Shown: piece by piece, positions 34,794 through 43,448 of the stretch | Layout: each line of letters starts with the position of its first letter | Position numbering within the stretch: the stretch's first letter is position 1 | Virus record (IMG/VR): IMGVR_UViG_3300045988_103535 | Reading direction: 5' to 3' (one strand) | Source of the DNA: a virus | DNA length: 64,000 bases | Program-made: the position numbers and the translations under genes | Notes under the pieces: model-generated | Database searches by the model: none | What the model saw: only the letters and a program-made list of their open reading frames with translations | What the model was told of the DNA's origin: nothing

Positions 34794-37697
34794 ATGGAAT
34801 TAAAAAATTGGCTAGACACGCAGTTAGGTCAAGATATTTGGACTAGAAAATATCAAAATGGAGACGAGACATTCGACCAATGGCTTGATAGAGTATCAAA
34901 TGGAGATGATGCTGTCAAAGATTTAATATTAAGTAAAAAATTTATATTCGGAGGTAGAATATTAGCATCAAGAGGAATTACTGACAGAAAAGTAACTTAT
35001 AGTAATTGTTATGTATTACCTCCAGTAGGTGACAGTATAGAAGAAATATACGACACTAATAAATACTTGGCAAGAACATTTTCATACGGTGGAGGTTGTG
35101 GTATTGATATATCACAACTAAGACCCAAAGGTTCACCAGTTAATAATGCTGCATTGACAACAACTGGAGCAGTTTCATTTATGGAAACATTCAATAATAC
35201 TTCACAGACTATAGGACAAAAAGGTAGACGTGGAGCATTAATGATAAGTATGGACGTAAACCATGCGGAAATTGAAGATTTTATAAACGCAAAAACTCAA
35301 AATGAAAAATTAGAAGAATGTAATATCTCAGTAAGAACAGATGAATCATTTATGAATAGAGTAATAGATGGAGACGATAATGCAAATAAATTAATGTATA
35401 AATTAGCTGAAAATAACTGGAACTGGGGAGAACCTGGAATGTTATTTTGGGATAATATTAATAAAGAAACATTATTATCTGAGTATATAAAGAATGGCAA
35501 GTTTGAGTTTGCAGGAGTTAACCCATGTTTAGTAGGTGATACACTAATACAAACTATAGAAGGTGCTAAACCTATAAAAGATTTAGTAGGAACTCAACCC
35601 TATGTTTACTGCATGAACGATGAAGGTAAATTAATTATCAAGCAAGCAAGTAAAGTATGGAAAACTAGAGAAAATGCAGAATTAGTTGAAATTGATTTTA
35701 ATAGAGGAAAACTAATTTGTACACCTGACCATAAAATATTTACTAGAAATAGAGGCTGGGTAAAAGCAGTAGATTTACAACCTAAAGATAAATTAAATGG
35801 GTTAGGATTTAGCAAAGGAAATGAAATAGACGAAGTTGTTAAACTATCATCTGATGCAAAATACTATAAACATCATAGATTCATAATGGAACAAATGGGA
35901 TTTGATATTAAGAATAAAGACATACATCATAAAGATGCAAACCACTTAAATAATGTATACAGTAATTTAGAAGTACTAGAACATGATAAACATAGTAGAC
36001 ATACTAATTTAGGTCATAAGTGTTACGCTGACAAAGATTTAGCAACTGGTCAATTTATAGCTAAAGCAGTCAAAGCTAAAACTAAAAAAACTAATAGTGT
36101 TAATCATGTTAATACAGGTAAAAACTTTATAGTAAAATCAGTTACAAAATTAAATTATACTGCTGATGTGTATGACATGACAGTTAAAGGAGTACACAAT
36201 TTTATAGCTAATAATATAATAGTTCACAACTGCGCAGAAGAGCCATTGCCAGCTGGAGGCAGTTGTTTATTAGGTTCACTTAATTTAGCAGAATTTGTAA
36301 AAGACCCATTCGGTAAGAGACCTGCATTTGATATACCTAGTTTTAAACAAGCTGTAAAAGTAGCAATACGAGCATTAAATCAAGTATTAGACGAGGGGTT
36401 ACCATTACACCCATTACAAATACAAAGAGACTCAGTTGCAAAATGGAGACAAATAGGTCTTGGCATTATGGGATTTGGCGACATGCTTATCAAAATGAGA
36501 ATACCATATGGAAGTGATAGATGTTCTAATTTAATAGCAACAATAGGTATGGCATTATGTAATGCTGGACTTCAAGAGTCAGCTTTACTTGCAAAAGAAT
36601 TAGGTACATTCGAAGCATATAATTCAGACTATATACTTAGCTCATTTTATTTACAAAGTAAAATAAAAGAAGGCGTAATATATGAAGAAACTATTGACTT
36701 AATAAAAGCTCATGGTCTTAGAAATAGTCAATTATTTACAATAGCACCAACAGGTAGTATAGGTACTATGTTCGGTGTATCAACTGGAGTCGAACCTATA
36801 TATGATGTCAACGGTTTTGCAAGAACAACAAAATCATTAAACGCTGAGGATAAAGTTTACATGGAATACCCAAATATTGTGCAACGAGCAATTGAAGCTG
36901 ACGATATCGACATGCTAAATAATAAACCGGCATATTTGATAGGAGCAAAAGACTTAGACTTTATGAGTAGAGTAAAAACTCAAGCCGATTGGCAAGTGTG
37001 GATTGATGCTAGTATTTCTAGTACTTTAAATTTACCTAAAGAGTCTCCAGTTGAAGACGTATTTAAAGCATATGTTGCCGCACATGAATTAGGTTGTAAA
37101 GGCTTAACTGTATTCAGAGACGGCTGTAAAAAAGAAGGTATTTTAAAAGGAGTAGCTAAAGAGGAAAAACCTGAACCTACTCAATTAAATGCAATCGACA
37201 CCGACATAAATCATTGTATTGCATTTGGCAGTAAACTGCAAACAGGTTGTGGAAGTTTATGGATGACTGTATATTTCCATAAGAAAACTGGTCAACTATG
37301 CCATATATTCTTAAACAAAGGAAGTAAAGGCGGTTGTAATAGTTATATGGTAGGTTTATCAAGACTAATATCATTAGCAGGTAAAAAAGGAGCAACTGTT
37401 GAAGAAATTGTCGACCAACTAAAATCCGTTGTGGCTTTTCCTTCATTTTTAAGTAGAAAAACAACTGAAGCAAGTATTAGTGACGGCAGAAGTTGTGCAG
37501 AGGCAGTAGGTAGAGAGTTGTTAAAATTACACGAGCAATTTAAACTAAATTATCTTAATCAACCTGAAATTACTCAACTTAAAATTGATAATGAGGTAAA
37601 AATTGAAATTGCAAAATGTCCCGAATGTGGTGCAGAATTAAGTCATACAGGTGGCTGTATTAATTGTTATAATTGCGGTTGGACAAAATGCGATTAG
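34794..37697 (+). CDS. nrdJ: class II (adenosylcobalamin-type) ribonucleotide reductase, interrupted by an intein
   Basis: Exteins join to '...GVNP|CAEEPLPAGGSC', restoring the NPCxE active-site loop. Also contains 'TVFRDGCKKEGIL' and a C-terminal zinc ribbon 'CPECGAEL...CINCYNCG'. ATG at 34794 preferred (7 nt after AGGAGG). Confidence 0.85.
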   Translation: MELKNWLDTQLGQDIWTRKYQNGDETFDQWLDRVSNGDDAVKDLILSKKFIFGGRILASRGITDRKVTYSNCYVLPPVGDSIEEIYDTNKYLARTFSYGGGCGIDISQLRPKGSPVNNAALTTTGAVSFMETFNNTSQTIGQKGRRGALMISMDVNHAEIEDFINAKTQNEKLEECNISVRTDESFMNRVIDGDDNANKLMYKLAENNWNWGEPGMLFWDNINKETLLSEYIKNGKFEFAGVNPCLVGDTLIQTIEGAKPIKDLVGTQPYVYCMNDEGKLIIKQASKVWKTRENAELVEIDFNRGKLICTPDHKIFTRNRGWVKAVDLQPKDKLNGLGFSKGNEIDEVVKLSSDAKYYKHHRFIMEQMGFDIKNKDIHHKDANHLNNVYSNLEVLEHDKHSRHTNLGHKCYADKDLATGQFIAKAVKAKTKKTNSVNHVNTGKNFIVKSVTKLNYTADVYDMTVKGVHNFIANNIIVHNCAEEPLPAGGSCLLGSLNLAEFVKDPFGKRPAFDIPSFKQAVKVAIRALNQVLDEGLPLHPLQIQRDSVAKWRQIGLGIMGFGDMLIKMRIPYGSDRCSNLIATIGMALCNAGLQESALLAKELGTFEAYNSDYILSSFYLQSKIKEGVIYEETIDLIKAHGLRNSQLFTIAPTGSIGTMFGVSTGVEPIYDVNGFARTTKSLNAEDKVYMEYPNIVQRAIEADDIDMLNNKPAYLIGAKDLDFMSRVKTQADWQVWIDASISSTLNLPKESPVEDVFKAYVAAHELGCKGLTVFRDGCKKEGILKGVAKEEKPEPTQLNAIDTDINHCIAFGSKLQTGCGSLWMTVYFHKKTGQLCHIFLNKGSKGGCNSYMVGLSRLISLAGKKGATVEEIVDQLKSVVAFPSFLSRKTTEASISDGRSCAEAVGRELLKLHEQFKLNYLNQPEITQLKIDNEVKIEIAKCPECGAELSHTGGCINCYNCGWTKCD
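35526..36230 (+). mobile_element. intein (235 aa) with HNH-type endonuclease domain
   Basis: Starts with Cys ('CLVGDTLIQTIEGAKPIKDL'). Ends '...NNIIVHN' before the +1 Cys. Internal 'HHKDANHLNNVYSNLEVLEHDKHSRH'. Confidence 0.8.
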
Positions 37698-37707
37698 AGG
37701 TGATATT

Positions 37708-37782
37708 ATGATAACACCTGATACAATTATAATAATCTTAACGATATTTGTAATAAGTTGTATAATATGGGCATTATATTAG
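37708..37782 (+). CDS. 24-aa hydrophobic micro-ORF (MITPDTIIIILTIFVISCIIWALY)
   Basis: GAGGTGA SD. The stop overlaps the next promoter's GTTAACA. Speculative. Confidence 0.2.
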   Translation: MITPDTIIIILTIFVISCIIWALY

Positions 37783-37813
37783 TTAACAAAATTTAGTAAG
37801 AAAAATATATAAT
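37782..37813 (+). promoter_or_regulatory. GTTAACA-type promoter
   Basis: GTTAACA-N17-TATATAATATACAAATAAGTA. Confidence 0.55.
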
Positions 37814-37844
37814 ATACAAATAAGTAATTAGGGAGGTAACTAAA

Positions 37845-38453
37845 ATGATTGATATAACTAGAAAGGATTTAAGTAAACAATATCCAGTTTATACAAAAGC
37901 TGGCAATATATGGAAAAACAGAATAGACTGGAATAGCATATTAAAACCTGGTACAGTTATATCAACTCATTTCGGAATATTTACTTTCGTAAATACTTAT
38001 AAAGAAAACAAAGTATGGTATATTATATTATCTGACGGGGTTAATAATTATACAGTAAAAAGACAACAAGCAAGAAATAATAAAAAACTACCTAAAAAGA
38101 CTGTTACTCAAAAAGTTGTATATTTAGCGAGACTGGATTTAATAGAGTCTTTATTTCAACAAGCTAAAAAATATATTAATGAATATAATGCAGAACATAC
38201 AGAAGATTATGTACCATTTGGTAGTGGCAAAGTATTAGTACCAAGTGACGCATTTATTAAGCGTTTTGGTGTAGGTTTAAAAATACAAGGAATTTTGAGC
38301 GTGGGTTATATTAACGAAGCATTATATAGAAAATTTAGACGACAACTAATAAATTATTATCACCCCGACAAGGGAATTGTTAAAGATAATACAGTTTTCA
38401 ATATAATATGTAGAAAAACTGCTTTATTAAAATTATCGAAAGGGGCAATGTAA
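37845..38453 (+). CDS. J-domain (DnaJ-like) protein
   Basis: The C-terminal 'ALYRKFRRQLINYYHPDKGIVKDNTVFNIICRKTALLK' has the HPD tripeptide in J-domain helix II/III context. Confidence 0.6.
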   Translation: MIDITRKDLSKQYPVYTKAGNIWKNRIDWNSILKPGTVISTHFGIFTFVNTYKENKVWYIILSDGVNNYTVKRQQARNNKKLPKKTVTQKVVYLARLDLIESLFQQAKKYINEYNAEHTEDYVPFGSGKVLVPSDAFIKRFGVGLKIQGILSVGYINEALYRKFRRQLINYYHPDKGIVKDNTVFNIICRKTALLKLSKGAM

Positions 38454-38454
38454 T

Positions 38455-38895
38455 ATGAGAGGTTATACAGTAGTGTTTTATTTTGAAGAACAACAGGTAA
38501 CTTTAGATGATTTATTAGAAATAGTCAAAATGGGCGACGTAGATGTTGACGCTGTTATTATTAAAATTAAAACAGGTTGGACATCACCTAAACAACATTT
38601 AACGTTATCTTTACGCAAAGAAGAACAACAAATAATGAATGTAGCAAGTAAAAATGAATTAAGTGTTTTAACAATAGACTCATTTAAAAAAGGAAATGTA
38701 TCTAAGTTATTATTTAATGGCAAGAATTTCTCACCTTCAATTATTAAAAGAATAGAAAAATTATTAAGACCACCTGAAGGAAGTAATGCAAAAATTAGAC
38801 AAATTATTATACAAACAGATGAGGGCAAATGGGTATTAAATCCAAGATTTATACCGAATAAAAAAGTAAGAAACAAAGTTAACAATATTTACTAA
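38455..38895 (+). CDS. hypothetical protein
   Basis: AAAGGGG SD. Coupled to the previous gene. Confidence 0.55.
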   Translation: MRGYTVVFYFEEQQVTLDDLLEIVKMGDVDVDAVIIKIKTGWTSPKQHLTLSLRKEEQQIMNVASKNELSVLTIDSFKKGNVSKLLFNGKNFSPSIIKRIEKLLRPPEGSNAKIRQIIIQTDEGKWVLNPRFIPNKKVRNKVNNIY

Positions 38896-38909
38896 AATAA
38901 ATATATAAC
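38878..38909 (+). promoter_or_regulatory. GTTAACA-type promoter (TATATAAC variant) upstream of SSB
   Basis: GTTAACA lies inside the end of the previous ORF, then N17, then TATATAACATACATAA. Confidence 0.5.
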
Positions 38910-38912
38910 ATA

Positions 38913-39006
38913 CATAACCCAATAGGGGGAGGGTTATAAAATATATCCTCCTAGCTTAAAAACTTATACACTTATACAAAAACTAAAAACAAGGAGGAAC
39001 ACAAAA
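38913..39006 (+). promoter_or_regulatory. structured SSB leader: hairpin + anti-SD + A/U-rich repeat
   Basis: ATAACCC-N10-GGGTTAT hairpin. TCCTCCT (38946-52) is complementary to the SD AGGAGGA (38992-98). Direct repeat CTTATACA x2 at 38963-78. Confidence 0.4.
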
Positions 39007-39678
39007 ATGGCAAAAATAGGAATTGGAAATGCAGGTAAATATCAAAGTTCAGGTAATGGAGGTTACTTCAGTTTAAAAGATGACGGTGACAGCGCAGTAG
39101 TTAGATTTTTATATAATCAACCTGACGGCTCAGACATTGATTATTTTTTAGTACATGAAGTACAAATTGACGGTAAAAAACGTTATGTTAGTTGTAACTC
39201 AGTAGACGAAAATGGAGAATCTCACCCAGACGATTGCCCATTATGTAAAGCAGGTAATAAACCTAAAGAAAAATTATTTTTACAACTTGTAGCATCAGAT
39301 AACCCAGACTCAGTTCAAATATGGGAGAGAGGTTCGAGTTTTGTATCAAAAATTATAACTTACTTAAATGAATTTGGCAACTTGTCAGCAGTAAAAATTA
39401 AAGTTATAAGACGAGGTAAAAAAGGTGACCAAAAAACTCAATATGAATTTATGCCAATGGGTAAAGACGATGTAAAACTTGAAGACTTGCCACAAAAACA
39501 AGAACTTGAAGGAAGTCTAATAATTAAAGCAAATATTGATGAAATGAATCAAATAATAGCAGGAACTTATACACCTCAACATGCAGCACAACAACATCAA
39601 ATGCAAGAACAACAATTTGAGCCAATGCATCATACTGAACGTGGAACTAGAACTACTGCACCAAGTGATGTATTTTAG
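39007..39678 (+). CDS. T4 gp32-like single-stranded DNA-binding protein
   Basis: 'AVVRFLY' matches gp32 'AVIRFLP'. The H-x12-C...C-x2-C pattern ('HEVQIDGKKRYVSC...CPLC') matches the gp32 zinc site spacing H64-x12-C77. C-terminal tail ends ...APSDVF. Confidence 0.7.
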   Translation: MAKIGIGNAGKYQSSGNGGYFSLKDDGDSAVVRFLYNQPDGSDIDYFLVHEVQIDGKKRYVSCNSVDENGESHPDDCPLCKAGNKPKEKLFLQLVASDNPDSVQIWERGSSFVSKIITYLNEFGNLSAVKIKVIRRGKKGDQKTQYEFMPMGKDDVKLEDLPQKQELEGSLIIKANIDEMNQIIAGTYTPQHAAQQHQMQEQQFEPMHHTERGTRTTAPSDVF

Positions 39679-39689
39679 GAGGTGGTAAT

Positions 39690-39953
39690 ATGGAATTAAA
39701 AGATACTATAGATTTAATGCTAAGTGGCAATTATATGGAAAGATTTTTAGCAGAATATCATCAACTAAATAATAGAATAGCTGGTTTAGAAAAAATGCTA
39801 GAAAAATACAGAAAAGGTACTTTAGAATTTACGCCAAATTGTCCATATGAATTATTACACACACAATTGGTAATTATGAAAGTATATAGAGACAGATTAG
39901 AAGAACGAGCAAAAATAGAAAATATAGATTTAAGTGTTGACGCAGTATTTTAA
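39690..39953 (+). CDS. hypothetical protein
   Basis: AGGAGGTGG SD. 87 aa. Confidence 0.55.
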   Translation: MELKDTIDLMLSGNYMERFLAEYHQLNNRIAGLEKMLEKYRKGTLEFTPNCPYELLHTQLVIMKVYRDRLEERAKIENIDLSVDAVF

Positions 39954-39957
39954 AATG

Positions 39958-39989
39958 ATAACCACCTCAAATAAGGGGTGGTTATTTTA
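39958..39989 (+). terminator. rho-independent terminator
   Basis: ATAACCACC-N10-GGTGGTTAT followed by TTTTAT. Confidence 0.7.
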
Positions 39990-40004
39990 TAAGGAGGTAT
40001 AATT

Positions 40005-42383
40005 ATGGGAAGAATTGGCGACATGTTCTGTAATGTTAGTGCTAGAAAAACACAAGAAGCACAAAAGAAAGCACTTGAAATGTTGAGTAAAAAATCAAGT
40101 AAAAAACAAGTTGCTAAAGTAGTACCGAAAAGTATTAGTGGAAAAGTACAACTTGCAAAAGAAATGTCTAAAGAAGTATTCGCAGATAAATTAGATAGAC
40201 TAGAATTATTAGACAATGAGAACAAAATTAGAGAATATATAGACTGTGCTATTACAAATGGCATAATAGCAGTTGATACAGAAACAAATGGCTTAGATAG
40301 AATAGACGGAAAAATAGCAGGCGTATGCTTATATACACCTGGACAAAAAGGAGTATATATTCCAGTACAACATGAGAGTTTCATGACAGGTATAGAATTA
40401 AAAACAAATGTATCAAAAGAATTTATGAAAGACCAATTTGAACGAATGAACAAATCGAATATAAAATATGTACTGCATAATGCTAAATTTGATATGCATA
40501 TTCTTTGGTGGATGCTCGGAATTAAAATAATTCCATACTGGGATACGCAAATAGGTTCACAACTTTTAAATGAAAATGAACCGCATAAACTAAAAGTATT
40601 ATATAAAAAATATGTAGATAATGCAGATGAAAATAGTAAAGTTGCCTCTTTTAACTCATTATTTAAAGGTATTGAATTTAATAAAGTACCGCCAGATGTT
40701 GCTTATATGTATGCATCATTTGACCCAATAATGACTTATGAACTATATCAATTCCAGTATAATTTTATTGATATTAACGGAAAATACTGCAAGGAAAAAG
40801 GTTTAGAGAGAGTCGCAGAAGTATTTCGAAATATAGAAATGCCACTAATACAAGTAGTATTCGAAATGGAATGTACAGGCGTTAAAATAGACACAGACTT
40901 AGCTGATAAACTAAAGGCACAATATACAAAACATAAAGATGCGGCAGAAGTAAAATTCAATTTAGAAATAAAAAAATTGAATGATAAATTCGATAAACTA
41001 ATGATAAAAAACCCAGCAGCTTATAATAAATTATTTAAAGACGGAATACGTAAAGTAAGTATAAGTTCACCTACTCAGTTGGCTATTTTATTTTATGATG
41101 TATTAGAATTTGAAAGCCCAGACAAAAAGTCACCTAGAGGAACTGGTGAAGCTATTTTAAAATCATTTAATCACCCATTAGTAGACAGCATATTAGAATA
41201 TAGAAGTATGAGCAAATTATTGAGTACTTATATAGAAGCAATTCCAAGTCATATTGCAAAACGAGATAATAGACTCCATGCGAATTTCAATCAATATGGT
41301 GCAAAAACAGGCAGATTTAGTAGTAGTGACCCAAATTTACAAAATATACCTTCACAAAAAACAAAATTGAGTGACGGAACTGTAATAGACGCAGGTCATG
41401 ATATTAGACAAATGTTTATAGCAGGAGAAGGTCAAGTAATAGTAGGTGGAGACTTTTCACAACAAGAACCTAGATGTCTAGCTCATATGAGTGATGACCC
41501 CCATATGCTACAGGCGTATTTAGAAGGAAAAGATTTATATGCTACAATAGCATCGAAAATATATAAAATGCCATATGACGAATGTAAAGAGTTTCGTGCA
41601 GACGGAACTGTAAATCCAGATGGTAAAGCTAGACGTACAAGTGTTAAACCTGTATTACTTGGACTTATGTACGGTAGAGGTGTGCCAAGTATAGCTGAGC
41701 AAATGAAAATATCAACTCAAGAAGCACAAAAGATAATTGATGACTTTTATGCTGAGTTTCCTAAAGTAAAAGAATTTGTAGATTTTGCTCAAACCTTTGC
41801 AAGAGACTATGGGTTTGTAGAAACCGCTTGGGGTAGAAAAAGAAGACTGTCTGATATGCAATTACCTCCAATAGAAATAAAACCTTGCATAAAATCGTAC
41901 AGCGACAATTTTGACCCATTCGCATTTGATGCTACTGAGTTAATACCTCAAGATGATTATGTGCCAGACGAAGTGTACAGAAAATATTATACATTATTAA
42001 ATAGAGCTAGAGGTAGACAACAGCAACAAAAAGTAAAAGAACTAGCAGAACAAGAAGGTTATACTATAAAAGATAATAGAGGTTTTATAGAAGACGCAAA
42101 AAGACAATGTGTAAATAGTATTATTCAAGGTTCAGCCGCAGACATGACCAAGCTAACTATGATAAAAATTTTTAATGATGAAGAACTCAACAAACTTGGT
42201 TATAAATTAATAATTCCAGTTCACGATGAAGTATTAGGAATATGTCCAAGAGAAAATGCGAAAGCAGTTCGAGATAGACTAGAATATATAATGGTACACA
42301 TTGTAGACGGAAAATTTAAAATACCTATGAAATGTGATATTGAAGTAACAGAGAGATGGTATGGTGAAGGAATAGAAATATAG
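40005..42383 (+). CDS. family A DNA polymerase with 3'-5' exonuclease domain
   Basis: Exo I 'IAVDTETNGLD'. Motif A 'GGDFSQQEPR'. Motif B 'RRTSVKPVLLGLMYG'. Motif C 'IPVHDEVL'. Confidence 0.9.
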   Translation: MGRIGDMFCNVSARKTQEAQKKALEMLSKKSSKKQVAKVVPKSISGKVQLAKEMSKEVFADKLDRLELLDNENKIREYIDCAITNGIIAVDTETNGLDRIDGKIAGVCLYTPGQKGVYIPVQHESFMTGIELKTNVSKEFMKDQFERMNKSNIKYVLHNAKFDMHILWWMLGIKIIPYWDTQIGSQLLNENEPHKLKVLYKKYVDNADENSKVASFNSLFKGIEFNKVPPDVAYMYASFDPIMTYELYQFQYNFIDINGKYCKEKGLERVAEVFRNIEMPLIQVVFEMECTGVKIDTDLADKLKAQYTKHKDAAEVKFNLEIKKLNDKFDKLMIKNPAAYNKLFKDGIRKVSISSPTQLAILFYDVLEFESPDKKSPRGTGEAILKSFNHPLVDSILEYRSMSKLLSTYIEAIPSHIAKRDNRLHANFNQYGAKTGRFSSSDPNLQNIPSQKTKLSDGTVIDAGHDIRQMFIAGEGQVIVGGDFSQQEPRCLAHMSDDPHMLQAYLEGKDLYATIASKIYKMPYDECKEFRADGTVNPDGKARRTSVKPVLLGLMYGRGVPSIAEQMKISTQEAQKIIDDFYAEFPKVKEFVDFAQTFARDYGFVETAWGRKRRLSDMQLPPIEIKPCIKSYSDNFDPFAFDATELIPQDDYVPDEVYRKYYTLLNRARGRQQQQKVKELAEQEGYTIKDNRGFIEDAKRQCVNSIIQGSAADMTKLTMIKIFNDEELNKLGYKLIIPVHDEVLGICPRENAKAVRDRLEYIMVHIVDGKFKIPMKCDIEVTERWYGEGIEI

Positions 42384-42395
42384 GAGGTATAAATA

Positions 42396-43352
42396 ATGTT
42401 ATTCGATTATTCTGAAATAAAAGGTTATACTAGATTTAAGTATAACCCTGAAAATGTAAAAATTGCTACTGAGTTAATACAGGCACAACCTTATATGCTT
42501 TATTCATTTTCAATAGCAGAACTATTTAGCTATTATGATAGTGATAGAAGAAGACTTTATATTAATAAAGACTATAAAGAAACTGGAGACATAATTTTAA
42601 TATCAATTACTGGAAAATATAGTAAAAAGGCAGAGATGATTTGCCCATTATGTAGTAATGAAAGGTTGTATAAAGAAATGAAAGCAATACCTATGCCAGT
42701 TAAAGTTTCATTCGTACCTGCAGCACAATCTAAAGAATTTATTACTCAATATAAAGATACACAAAGAACTAGAACTGCAGGTGACTTTGTGTACGACTTA
42801 GAAGACATATCTAAATTGCAAGGTGGTAAATGGCATAGTAGTAGAAAAAAGGTAAAAAGAGCACAAAAGAATTTAACCTGGAGATACGCAACATATGAAG
42901 ACTATGATTTAATAATGAATTTTTTACAAACATGGCTAAATGACTGCAAAAGCACAGAACGATTATCAAGACCGGCAATAGGTAGAGATAAAAATTTAAT
43001 AAACTTCATATGGCAGAATAAATTATTAGAAAAGAACCCATTTTATATAGTATTAGTATTTTATGAAGGAAAACTAGATGCAATTAATGTTACTGAGTTA
43101 TCATTATTTAATAGAGAGTGGCAATTAGGTATATTGGAAAAATCACTTCGCCAATATAATTTGAGTGGCTTTTATGTAGGTTGGTTATGTGAGGATATTG
43201 GCTATCATGAAGGCAGAAAATTTGATAATGCATCAGGTCCGTATCATGATATGTATAATAAAGACGGAATTAATGACCATAAAATGCTATTTAAACCTAT
43301 AGATTTTTATTACTCATACACAATAGAATTTAAAAAGAATTCCAAAAAATAG
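42396..43352 (+). CDS. DUF2156-like (MprF C-terminal / aminoacyl-tRNA-dependent transferase-like) protein
   Basis: 'GDFVYDLEDISKLQGGKWHSSRKKVKRAQKNL' resembles the DYxYxxxxLxxLxGxxxxxxRxxxxxF core of that family. ~300 aa, consistent with a tandem-GNAT size. By-eye call only. Confidence 0.4.
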   Translation: MLFDYSEIKGYTRFKYNPENVKIATELIQAQPYMLYSFSIAELFSYYDSDRRRLYINKDYKETGDIILISITGKYSKKAEMICPLCSNERLYKEMKAIPMPVKVSFVPAAQSKEFITQYKDTQRTRTAGDFVYDLEDISKLQGGKWHSSRKKVKRAQKNLTWRYATYEDYDLIMNFLQTWLNDCKSTERLSRPAIGRDKNLINFIWQNKLLEKNPFYIVLVFYEGKLDAINVTELSLFNREWQLGILEKSLRQYNLSGFYVGWLCEDIGYHEGRKFDNASGPYHDMYNKDGINDHKMLFKPIDFYYSYTIEFKKNSKK

Positions 43353-43381
43353 TTAACATTATACTGTAAAAATTGTATATT
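43352..43381 (+). promoter_or_regulatory. GTTAACA-type promoter upstream of rSAM-like/QueT operon
   Basis: GTTAACA-N17-TATATTATAAGTA. Confidence 0.55.
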
Positions 43382-43389
43382 ATAAGTAC

Positions 43390-43448
43390 GTGGAGTAGTT
43401 TTCCTAATCCTGCTCCACTATAAAAATATTAAAACAGGAGGTTCTAAA
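43390..43448 (+). promoter_or_regulatory. preQ1-I-riboswitch-like leader (hairpin + A-rich tail + SD-sequestering pairing)
   Basis: GUGGAG(UAG)-UUUUCCUAAUC-(CUG)CUCCAC, then UAUAAAAAUAUUAAAAC, then AGGAGG. Loop UCCU/UCCUG is complementary to the SD AGGA/CAGGA. Confidence 0.35.

Noticed and set aside
39950-40453. 167-aa minus-strand ORF overlapping the start of the DNA polymerase gene. The same applies to the other minus-strand ORFs in the track, e.g. 2673-2879, 4451-4747, 6218-6499, 8837-9304, 9398-9683, 11611-11814, 12154-12477, 13327-13786, 17705-17893, 20725-20907, 24913-25380, 26627-27155, 27591-27773, 28346-28764, 34393-34716, 35009-35815, 37177-37473, 38478-38885, 40748-40960, 44254-44472, 45286-45677, 47691-47990, 49641-49961, 52100-52291, 53782-53991, 55339-55533, 57531-57854, 61002-61241, 62004-62334.
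   Set aside because: Each lies antisense to a + strand gene with clear motifs or tight operon context. None has an SD-like sequence. Their compositions (Ser/Phe/Ile/Leu-rich, low complexity) are what the antisense of AT-rich coding DNA produces. All promoters and terminators found are + strand.
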